A DNA stretch of 52,929 nucleotides, taken from assembly GCA_900617105.1 (NCBI GenBank), contig UYFQ01000474.1, positions 1-52,929 on the forward strand, given 5' to 3'. Positions 12,501 through 24,001 of the stretch are shown here, in pieces; positions within the stretch are counted from its first letter, which is position 1; every line of letters starts with the position of its first letter. The DNA is from Hydrurus foetidus. Taxonomy: Eukaryota. The position numbers were made by a program, and so were the translations under genes. The notes below the pieces were generated by a model. That model saw only the letters and a program-made list of their open reading frames with translations, made no database searches and had not been told where the DNA came from.

Positions 12501-15500
12501 GAATCCTATTTTCATGAGTAAATTCAGGAACGGATATGTGGTGTGCACTGACGTGGTGCACAGATGGTGTGATGTGTTTTGGCTGACCGAGGTCCACTAC
12601 AGTGAAGGGGATTGTAAAGCCAAAAGAACTTCCGCAACCTAAATAATGGAAATGGCAGCAAATAATTGTTGTGTATTAGATAATATTCATTTTTGTATCG
12701 TTCCATTTTATTTCATAATTTCTCTCCTAACGTGATGATGTTCATCATTTCGTTTGGCACAATATATCGCACAACGTACCAAATGTGATGCTATGCCATG
12801 CTTTGTTACTAAACGCATATACCCATATAACACATATAAATCTATATAGTTGCATATCATGCAATGTTGTAAAAAGAAGAATACGTCACAGCACAAAACG
12901 CTGCAATGGAATCAGAAATCTCTCGCTTGAAAGTTCGAGCTTACCAAGCTCCGACTTGAACAGCACTTCACCACCGTGCAGTGTGATGATCTCCTTCGCC
13001 ATAACTAAGCCTACATAGTAATGGGGGAAATAGATAAAAGTGTGAGGGAGTGTGTGAGAAGAAGAAATTGAGAAAAAAAAGGAAGGACAGGAGAAAAAAA
13101 GGGGGGGAAACAAAACAAGGAAGAGATTGTGGTGTTAGAAAAAATATGTGGTGTTGGATGGTGACTGTGCGAAAGTGTGTGTGTGTGTGTGTGTGTGAAG
13201 GGGTTGACACTAACAATTGCACCCACTCTCAGTCAAGTGTTCTCAAAACTGACTGACTGACTGACTGACCGACTGACTGACTGGCCGAATGACAGATACA
13301 CTAACTGATTCACTCACCCAGCCCTGACCCTCTTCCTCCCTTGCCCTCTAGATTATGTGGTCGAATCTGAGCAAACGCTTGAAACAGTTTCCCTATTGAA
13401 GAAGTGACAATGATTTACAGCAGATAATGAGAACCCTCGTAAGTGATGTAATAGAGGAGTAATATAAGACTAAATTACTGGGTTTTAATCACCTTGATCA
13501 TCTTCATGGATACCCGCTCCCAAATCATTCACCAAAACAGTGACGTATCTGATTTGACAATCTCTCACTGATTTATTATCTCTACTAGGCGACTGTTGAA
13601 TTTTTGAAGATTTTCCATGGAATGAAAATCTTTTTCTTTTACTCTCCGAATTTCTACGTAACTTGAAAAATTTTCCTGTTGAAAATTCTGAAATTTTTCT
13701 TGATACGCACTTAAGAGCACTGCCTACTTCGATGGTTACGACACTGCCCACTACACTGAATTTTATGGCGTTGGACAAGAAATTTACGAGCACCAAATGT
13801 AGTCGATTCTGAATAGTGTAAGAGCAGGAGAAGTGATGCGGAAATTAGATGTTATGAAATGATAATACATGATAACGCAATAGCGTCGTAGGGAACGGTT
13901 TTGTAAAATACAAAAGAGCTGATTGGTGTCATATAAAGTACAGTATAACGAAATTGGAAAAAACTTGTATATGTATACATCAAAAATTGAGCAATATTAT
14001 TTCAAAATATAACTTTTTTATTCCTTAATATAAAAATGAAGAAAAATAGCAGACTCGTTTCAAAATTTTGTATAGGAAGAGTAATATCACAATTATATCA
14101 GTAAAACGAAGCAGTATTGATTGTCGATTACCAGCATTATTCTTTGCTATTAATAATAAGTGCTATTGGTTATCATGCAGTATAAGACTTGTAATTATGT
14201 TGTGTCAGTAGTCATCGCTATCTAGTATCGCCACTCATACCTATTGAGATTCTTCTGTTATTTAGTATAATCAATGGTCTTACCTCATCTCCTAAGATAG
14301 TTAAGTTCCTCGCTTCGTCCCTCGGAGACAGTCCCTTCACTATGATACGTACTGCCTTATTACCCGCTAGATTGCGTACAGCTCGCATAGCACCTTCCAA
14401 CAGAGACAATAAAGTAAAAGCCTTCACTACGAGACTAATGGCACCGTCTTCTATTTTACTCATACTTAACACGTCATTTAGTGTGTTGTTCATAAATCCT
14501 GCTGCTGCATCCATCATTGCCACCACTTCCTGACTTGCCTCGTCTAGCACCCTAAAACACAGAGAAAACGATACATAAAAATATGTGAAAAAGTCGAGGA
14601 CAAATAAAACAATGAAAATAACGCATGAAGAAAATAAGAGATGGAGGATGAGAAAATAGAAAGATATTGTCAGGAAGATAAAAGGAAAAGAAATAGTAGT
14701 TATTTTGAGAATGTAATTAAACGAAGACGAACAAAAATAACAGAATGTTTGTCCTTACATAGCGTCATCTTTTAACACGGTGATGCCCATTGTAATCGTG
14801 TTTAAAGGCACCCGAACTTCATGAAACACGTATCTCAGAAACTGCCTTCTTCTTTCATTGACTTTTCGTTCCGATGCGAATTGCATAACTACGGATTCCA
14901 AAGACAACGTGCTCACGAAGACTAGTTTAACTACCAAACCTATTAACATATTTGCCACCACTACTTCGTCTCTGTCCAGGACATGTACGATTCCTACGAA
15001 TTTTATACGGAATACAATCATCAATTGAAGTGGAAAATATGTGCGATACCTAAGGATTATACGGTGTAAAATAATGCGGTATATTTTATACGGTACAAAC
15101 AACGTCCCCTCCCATGTATTATAACTTGCATTCATTCCAATATGCACACAGATGTACTTTTATTGGCATGGTGGAATAGGAAATGAAAATTAAACAGAAT
15201 ATAAAATTTCAATCCAAAGTGGGTATCATGAAGATTTCAAAAAGATAAAGTTCATATGATATTTCTGTTACAATAGGCTTGTTTTCTCACCTAGGATATA
15301 CACAAAGACAAATAGCGGTAAGAGCCAAAAGAGAAGTTGTGCTAATTTGCTTTTCATTCTCATTCTTTCCAATATCCACTGACGAGAAAGAAGTTTCGAT
15401 GACTCATGATTCTTAGTATTTTCTTTCGCTTTTAAGGCTAGGATAATATTTCCCACCATACAAAGAGAAGAAAGAATAAACAATATAATTCCCCAAGCTA

Positions 15501-16182
15501 AATCCACGAAAAAGTTCATCACAAATCCGAATAGAATACATAGGAACATGAGAATGATAATCAACCAATCCTCAACGGTCAGTTTCTTTTTATCCTCGAC
15601 AGCTATGGCGATGTAAACCAACAAAGGCGCTGCAACAAGCCATTCAGGCCACTGGCAATTCGGAGTATCCATTCCTAATGCATCTCTGCAGACAGCCTGT
15701 CCTAAGGACGTCAAATATACAACAGTAGAAGAGCCTGCTATAAGGCTCATCGTGAATGCTCCTGCGTAAACAGCTCGCAGATGTTCTGTTTCTTTCTGTG
15801 CCCAAGATTCAACGGCTAGACCGTTGACGAAATTATAACACGCGGACAGTCCAAAACAAGCAGAGACAGCTATTCCAACATCAAATGTCCAAGCAGCGAA
15901 AGGTTCGTTACGCTCACAGAATTTCGACTGAGTATTTAAAATCGCCTGTAACATAACATAACATAGCGTAGACAGTGGCATCACGTAGTGCCATTGTCTG
16001 CTTATGAGAGTTCTCTCATCTGAGAGAAGATCCATTGATCTGTCCGCGTCGCTCATTTGAAGATTACTTCTGGTTCTCATCACAGGATCAGATTCGTGAT
16101 GCCCTCGAAGTATATTGTCAGTCTCACGAGAGCGATAAAATGAATTATCAGGATTTTCAGGGCTGATCCCATCGTCTGCCAT
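9600..16182 (-). CDS. Microbial-rhodopsin-like 8-TM sensor fused to histidine kinase (HisKA + HATPase_c) and response-regulator receiver (histidine kinase rhodopsin-like), ~1141 aa. 11 exons: 16182-15291, 14993-14759, 14551-14284, 13808-13493, 13392-13318, 13010-12945, 12638-11514, 11184-11084, 10563-10486, 10073-9965, 9760-9600
   Basis: Rhodopsin: helix C QWPEWLVAAPLL (cf. bacteriorhodopsin RYADWLFTTPLL); helix G LIGLVVKLVF with Lys at 14926-14928. Kinase: H-box FLRYVFHEVRVPLN, N-box NFLSNAIKF, G1 VNDLGAGI, F-box LFQAFAQ, G2 GRGSGLGL. Receiver: FLLVDD, FMDYTMPVMNG, GLTGNA, FSKPF. Exons sum to 3426 nt with frame preserved. Confidence 0.9.
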
Positions 16183-17320
16183 CCTCTTGACGTTGTTTAT
16201 GCAAATTTCTTTGATCACCAGCTAGTCTCTCTAGAGCACATCATCAGCCAGCAAGAGAAGTTAGACTGTGCCACATTTTTGACCAATCTTCAAACAGTGT
16301 CACCAATGACTAAAAAACATCAATTTGAAGCATCTGCAGCAAATCTGACGATGAAAAATACCGCGGTCGTCGCTGGTAAGGCGTCCTATAAGCCAAGGCT
16401 GTTTCTGTATCTTGAAACGCTGAATTTATGGTGTTCGTCAATGACGTCGTTGAACACAAAACCTATCAAAATTCCAAAGCCGAAAAAAATAAAAAATACC
16501 CAACAGTTTTTCGTTTCTCGGCTGTGGGTATCGGTATCTCACTCGGAATCTTTCCAACTGTAAGTCCAAGGTCTGGACATAATTCTGCACACGTACTTTC
16601 AACTTTCGTGGTTGCAGGTTGCAGGGGGTATCGTAACGTACATACATACGTGAAGATACTACATAAAAGATATATTAGATACAGTACGGTATATGTATTA
16701 TGACTACCAGTACCCCCCTTTCAATTTCCCGTCTGTATTCCACACGTACGGTACCTACCGTATACTGTAACTATTTCTACGGTAATATGTATGGTATATT
16801 AAGGTACACATCGGGACAGAATATGGAAGACCGTAAAATGTCCTGAACACAGGAAGGAAACAGATTCCAGCACTGTTGAGATCACCAATTCAACCTCGGA
16901 TTCGTTTTCTTTCTTAGATACTTTATTCCGCTGCGGTACGGTTGTACATCTGATCTCATCTAGATACACTGTACATTGTACATCAAAGCTGGTTTTGAAA
17001 CTCTTCGCTAGCACTTCAAAAATCCACTAAAATTTTATATGAAGAATCGTCAAATGTTTCGCTTTAGATTGCAAGTTATGTTTATTTCAGCAAATAATAA
17101 TTAAAACACAACTGCCAGTGTACATGTGAGCATTGCCCCTGACAGAATGGGTTCTTGGTACTATCTTGCCCCTCATTTTGGCAAACAGTCCAGTGGTGAG
17201 ACGATAGTGAAGCAACTTTACCGATCATCACCAGGCACGATGCTGTCAATGTCACTCCATCATCCAGCCATCCACCTCACTGACCACATAACCGGTGAGT
17301 TGAGGGTAATGCGCTTCGGC

Positions 17321-20300
17321 TTAGAGCGACCGTGCTGTCCAGTCCATGAAATCTAACTGACTATAATCACTACTTAAAGAATCATTCAAAAGTTTTTTAC
17401 ACTCTGCTTTTTTTTTTCGTAAAATTTTCGCGACATCATCAACTGTAGTTGAAATTTGAACCTTTTTTTCATTTACTTTTTTCTTTGTGAAAATTTCATC
17501 ATCATGCCCTTCAGTCGAATCATTCGGATCGGTTGGTGTGGGGCCGAGAATGTTCCTGAATATTGCTTCTCCCTCTTTGGTCGCAGCGGCTATCATGTCT
17601 TCCATTTCAAGGGTTGTAAGAGAGGAAACAGCGTCAGTTTGACAGGTGTTATTATCGCCTCCAGTGCCACTGCTATTACCGCCACTTCCTTTACTGCTGC
17701 TGTTATTGTTGCTGCTATTGTTGTTGTCCAACAGGCTATTGACTAACTTTCTCTTCTCTCCTACTTCCACCTCCCCCTCTACATCTCTCCCTTCCCCATT
17801 GGTGCCATTCTTAAAACCTTCTTTCAATGCTCTTTTTTTCACTCTGTCAATGACTTTATCTGATTGGTGTAATAATACGGCTAGTTTTCTCTCATAATTC
17901 AATTGCATCATTTCTTCTTCTATTAGTCGTTCCTTCTCATCATCTGTGTGAGATTAAATAGAGTGGATGTCAGTGGAATTGTACATGTTGAACTATTGTC
18001 AGCTTGCAACTAATGAGTTATAGATATGTGAGTGGGTGAATGCATGGGTGAGTAAGTATGCGTGAATGGGTGGAGGTGAAGTGTAAATTAGTGGGAGTAA
18101 GTGCGTGTGCAAATGACAGATTTAGTTTCAATCAGTTGAGAGACATGTGCAACACAGCACCACACAGTACAGCACAGCACCATATAGTGTAGAAAGTAGT
18201 GAAAAATGAAATAGTGGCGCATTCAAGTATCGCATTCAAGGAAGAACTCGAATAGGTGCAGAGACGCACAGAAAAATCGAAGACTGAGGAAGTTTGTTAA
18301 AGCGCTTATAATCTTCAGTATATGCGGACAGATGAATGCGACCATGATGGATCCTCATATTATTGGTTCTCATGTCTATTTGATAGTAATGGATGTAGAA
18401 CGCACGTAGAGCAATAGCACGTAAATGTACAGTATAGTATAGTACAGTACAGCTGCGTAGGCCCATACGCAATACGCAGATATATACGCAACGGTGTGCT
18501 GTACAGTACGTACATACAATACCCCCAATATAGACAGTACTGTATGTTGCAATACAATAAGTAAGTAAAATTGCAGTACAGTGTAGTATGCAGACAGTGG
18601 AGTACAGTACAGTACAGTACAGTACAGTACAGTACAGTACAGTACAGTACAGTACAGTACAATACAGTACAGTACAGTACAGTACAATACAGTACAGTAC
18701 AGTACAGTACAGTACAGTACAGTACAGTACAGTACAGTACAGTACAGATACAGTACAGTACAGTACAGTACAGTACAGTACAGTACAGTGCAGCACTCTA
18801 CAGTACAGTGTAGCACTGTACAGTATGGTACAGTATAGTGCAGTACAGTACAGTACAGTACAGTACAGTACAGTACAGTACAGTACAGTACAGTACAGTA
18901 CAGTACAGTACAGTACAGTACAGTACAGTACAGTACAGTACAGTACAGTACAGTACAGTACAGTACAGTACAGTACAGTACAGTACAGTACAGTACAGTA
19001 CAGTACAGTACAGTACAGTACAGTACAGTACAGTACAGTACAGTACAGTACAGTACAGTACAGTACAGTACAGTACAGTACAGTACAGTACAGTACAGTA
19101 CAGTACAGTACAGTACAGTACAGTACAGTACAGTACAGTACAGTACAGTACAGTACAGTACAGTACAGTGTAGTACAGCACAGTACAGTACAGTACAGTA
19201 CAGTACAGTACAGTACAGTACAGTACAGTACAGTACAGTACAGTACAGTACAGTACAGTACAGTACAGTACAGTACAGTACAGTACAGTACACAGTACAG
19301 TACAGTACGGTACAGTACAGTACAGTACAGCGGTACAGTACAGTACAGTACAGTACAGTACAGTACAGTAGGTACGGTACAGTACAGTACAGTACAGTAC
19401 AGTACAGTACAGTACAGTACAGTACAGTACAGTACAGTACAGTACAGTACAGTACAGTACAGTACAGTACAGTACAGTACAGTACAGTACAGTACAGTAC
19501 AGTACAGTACAGTACGGTGTAGTACAGCACAGTACAGTACAGTACAGTACAGTACAGTACAGTACAGTACAGTACAGTACAGTACAGTACAGTACAGTAC
19601 AGTACAGTACAGTACAGTACAGTACAGTACAGTACAGTACAGTACAGTACAGTACAGTACAGTACAGTACAGTACAGTACAGTACAGTACAGTACAGTAC
19701 AGTACAGTACAGTACAGTACAGTACAGCACAGTACAGTACAGTACAGTACAGTACAGTACAGTACAGTACAGTACAGTACAGTACAGTACAGTACAGTAC
19801 AGTACAGTACAGTACAGTACAGTACAGTACAGTACAGTACAGTACAGTGTACAGTACGGTACAGTACAGCAGTACGGTACAGGTACAGTACAGTACAGGG
19901 TACAGTACAGTACAGTACAGTACAGTACAGTACAGTACAGTACAGTACAGTACAGTACAGTACAGTACAGTACAGTACAGTACAGTACAGTACAGTACAG
20001 TACAGTACAGTACAGTACAGTACAGTACAGTACAGTACAGTACAGTACAGTACAGTACAGTACAGTACAGTACAGTACGGTACAGTACAGTACAGTACAG
20101 TACAGTACAGTACAGTACAGTACAGTACAGTACAGTACAGTACAGTACAGTACAGTACAGTACAGTACAGTACAGTACAGTACAGTACAGTACAGTACAG
20201 TACAGTACAGTACAGTACAGTACAGTACAGTACAGTACTGTACGATACAGTATAGTGCAGTACAGTACAGTACAGTATAGTGCAGTACAGTACAGTACAG

Positions 20301-21860
20301 TACAGTACAGTACAGTATAGCACAGTACAGTACAATACAGTACAGTATAGCATATACAGCACAGTACAGTGCAGTACAGTATAGTACAGTATAGTACAGT
20401 ACAGTGCAGTGCAGTACAGTACAGCCATGTACACGGTGCGATACCATGCGAAACAAAAAGATGCATACAAATTCAATGAAGTAGAATACGGCAATGTGCT
20501 CTGTGATGGAAAAGACACGATTCAATTCGATGTAATATCATAGTGCAACACAGGACAATACATTTGAGGGCAATACAATACAGAATAATTAAATAAAACA
20601 CGATGCAATACAATACAATGTAATACAATACAATTCCGTTTAATACAACACAATACAACACAACACAACACAACACAATCTCACCGAATTCTTCTTGTTC
20701 TGTGCCAAGATCGCCATCTTGAATTTCTTCTATCGCTCCAAGAAAACTGACAAATAATTGTGAGTAGAAATTCAATTCAGCTATAACAAAATCAACACTT
20801 GTTTCGTAGTAAATTTCTGTATGGAGTGTAACACTTACCGGCACCAGCATAGTAATAAACAAAGCAGCATTTACCATATAAATTAATTTTCTAAACACCA
20901 AATATCATCTTCAAAAAGTAGAAATTTTGTTGCAATACATGCAAGAACGATTTGAAAGTGTGTATTTTTGGCTTATTTCTTCACTAAATTTGTGACTGAC
21001 CTTTTCAGTTCTTCTTCTTCTCTTTTCTCCTGTTTCTTTTCTATTTTCTTTATATCCACTCCTCTTGCTTTAAGATCTGCCAAGGGATCATCAAAGAATC
21101 CTCTGGGAATTACAGAGTTCGCACCCGCTTCAACTATCAATTGTTCTGCGATAAAAAGGGATTCCAACTTACTTCATCACTATCATGCACTTTCAAATAG
21201 GAAATCTTGCAAAATATGTAAATTGATATGTTATGGGTACATAAAGGAGTGCAGTAGAGTGCTCAAAATACATGACATCAGTCGTATGGCATCTACTACC
21301 AATATTCATTTACACAGCACAAGATATTCATCTGACAGCTAATGCTACACTACTATCACTTATAAAGACAGAAATTGACCTGTGTACTCCTCAGTAGCAT
21401 TACCACGAGGAATTTTAGTTGGTGGGGGTTGTAGGTCAGGTGCTGAGTCGAAATTGTAGGTTACATTCAAACGTGACGAATCTGCATGAATTGTATGACT
21501 CCTGATCTCGGAAGAAGGTTCGTCAAAGAATCCAACAGGGGGACCAGCTGTCGCATCATGGGATAATCCAGCTGGAAGACCGGTAATCGCGCTATCAAAG
21601 AATCCAGCTGGAGGACCAGCTGACGTAGATGTCGCGGTAGACTCAACTTTCCCACTATTAGCACTTTTCATGGTGGGAAGCTGCACGACTGGCTGCTTGA
21701 GGAGATTGACCTGAACAACAGGCTTGATGCTTTTGATCTCCGCAGGTCTCTCCTTCTTTTCTTCTCTTAAGCTCTTCAAATACTTCGCTTTATCTTTCCC
21801 TGTGAGGCCGCCATTTCCCTTCGCCTTCATCAGAGACCGCAATTCAGCAGCTCGGTCCAT
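17321..21860 (-). CDS. ZNF830/CCDC16-like spliceosome-associated protein (4 exons: 21860-21380, 21145-21001, 20746-~20685, 17944-17321)
   Basis: N-terminal ELRSLMK. Repeated P.GFFD motifs including IPRGFFDDPLADLKARGV. Acidic coiled coil. C-terminal DWTARSL resembles the family's terminal DWR.K motif. Confidence 0.75.
18601..20423. repeat. ~1.8-kb (CAGTA)n pentanucleotide microsatellite inside the last intron of the ZNF830-like gene
   Basis: Directly visible; largely perfect, with scattered CAGTG, CAGCA and CGGTA variants. Confidence 0.99.
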
Positions 21861-24001
21861 GACAGAAAATCTATGGGGATCGAATAGAAGCCTCAATAAT
21901 TGGAGTCAGGAAAAAGTGATAGCAAGGAAGCCGTAATAACTCTGACTGTGCGTTCGAGAGTTGTTATGAAAGATGAGATGAGAGCTGATTGAGAGATAAG
22001 AGAGTGAGACAGGAGAGAGTCCCCCATATGTTTCAACAAGTAGAGTTCGGTAAATACGAATTTTTCGAAGAAAATCTGTATTTATATCGGAGATGTTGTC
22101 TTCTGTACTCCGGATGTGATCACTCAAAAGGCACAAAGGTTGACAATGGCGACTGTTCTTGAACCCTAAAGCCTCGTGTAACATTTTTGAGGCAATATAG
22201 GACATATTTGAGAGATCTTTTGCGTATAAGTGATTAAGACATTGCTACAGAGACAGTTATGGTGCCATGATGAGTCATCACAAATTCGTCATCGCCAAAT
22301 GCGTCGTGAGAGAATAAGATACAACAATTGAGATAGAATGCCAAGGGGTAATACCAGAGAGACAGCTAGGATGTAGATAATGAAATAAAGCCATTCAAAG
22401 CAGAACTGCTTTATGACACATTCTCCAATCTACTGTGTTAAAATTTTCTTGACTTCTCTTTTGTACGAAGGCTCAAAACGATTTCAGATTGAAAATCTTT
22501 TAGTTACCGAATGGATTGCAAAAATCAAGCAAGTTAGGTGGAATATGACAAGATGCTACAGGCTGTGATTTGATGTAATGAGATGTGATTTGATGTGTTG
22601 TGATGTGTTGTGGTATGTTGTGATGTGGAGGCTATCAAGAAATCCGGTACTGTAACTCATACACTCAGAGTTGCGATAGATTGATCGGACTCAATAAGAG
22701 GAGGAGAATGAGATGTGAAGATGATTACGAAGCACGTACTGAGTTGTACTTACTAAATTGTACTTACCAAGTTGTACTAGTAAAGTAAAGTACAGTTCAG
22801 TCAAGTCTACCTTGACTCTATGTTGAAAAATCGAATTTAAGATGAATTGCAGAAACGGTCCCCATGAATTGTGATTGACTCGCAGTCTCTCTACTCGACA
22901 TTTGAAATCAAAAACAGTCGTTCTTGCTATTAATTCATTCTAGAGATGAGTACATTCATGTAGTCATGCAGTATAATGCAGCGAAATCGAGATTGGGATG
23001 AAAGGAGGTGACTAATTGATCAGATTTTTTTAGATGCTTATGTCATTGTTTACCAGAAGTTATTTATTTCCACTTTATGTTTGGTTTTACTGACAGGGCT
23101 GACAAAGTATGAAAAGAGAAAATTGAAAAATATCAAGAAAAAACGATCTTTTTCGTCTGATTCTGTTTTCATTGATTCAAGTCTGGAATGTTATGCGATG
23201 CACAACAAACTGACAATATTCGATTTTCTGTTTTCAATCTGTGTTACTAGCCCATGTATAATTATTTTCTTTTTTTTCATATTTTTTTATGGTGCTGATG
23301 CTATCTATTTTCCTGTTTCAATATCTTCCTTTTTTGCTATTTTACTGATTTTGCCTGTTGAACCTTCGCACAGAAAGAATCGACAAATAGCAGATATACA
23401 TGGTGTACTCTACTGTCTGTCCGTGCGGTATAATGTGGTATGGCGGTGAATAGATGCTTACGTATGGTGTATGGTGTGGCGTAATGATGCGAAAAATTCA
23501 AATAAAAAATGACCGACTGAGATGAAAATGAAATCGCGGATAAAAATCGCTATTGTTGAGTAGTGTGAAAAGTATGAACGAATGATCGGTCGATTATATG
23601 AATAGATGGATGAATGGAATGGATTTTTACAAGAGTGGAAAAAGGTGAACGTACAAATAAATTTTGTTGTAAAAAAGATTTTTTGAAGTGTAACAAAGTG
23701 GAGTGCGAGTCGGAGTTGTAGGAGTGTTGCGTAGTGAAGTGTAGTGTAGTGAATTGTAGTGTAGTGTAGTGCGAGTAGGAGGAGTGTTACGTGATATAAG
23801 GCCAGTCTGAAGGGATTTTCTTGATGACTGATAGTATATGATATGATCTAACTCAGTCTTGTGCTCTATGAGTATTAATTAATGCAGAATCGCAAAGTAT
23901 CTATTGTATTGTGTGGTGTAGCGTGTCGGATGGTGTGTAACGGATTGGACGGGAACATCGGCTCTAAACGGTATAATCTATACTGCTCAGAGCATCGAAT
24001 G

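Noticed and set aside
2248..16182. Functional cluster of a light sensor with the plastid sigma factor and plastid proteins
   Set aside because: Eukaryotic gene neighbourhood with unrelated genes interspersed; proximity alone is not evidence of a pathway.
16799..17356. Short ORFs between the rhodopsin-kinase and ZNF830-like genes
   Set aside because: Under 80 aa, non-ATG starts, no motifs; likely UTR or intergenic.
18236..20525. Long ORFs (555-760 aa; YCTVL / QYSTV repeats) on both strands
   Set aside because: Artefact of a stop-free pentamer microsatellite lying within a GT-AG intron.
21950..23450. Exon-like fragments (e.g. GLTKYEKRKLKNIKKKRSF at ~23098)
   Set aside because: Could not be joined into a consistent frame and no family was recognised; may be a decayed or unseen gene.
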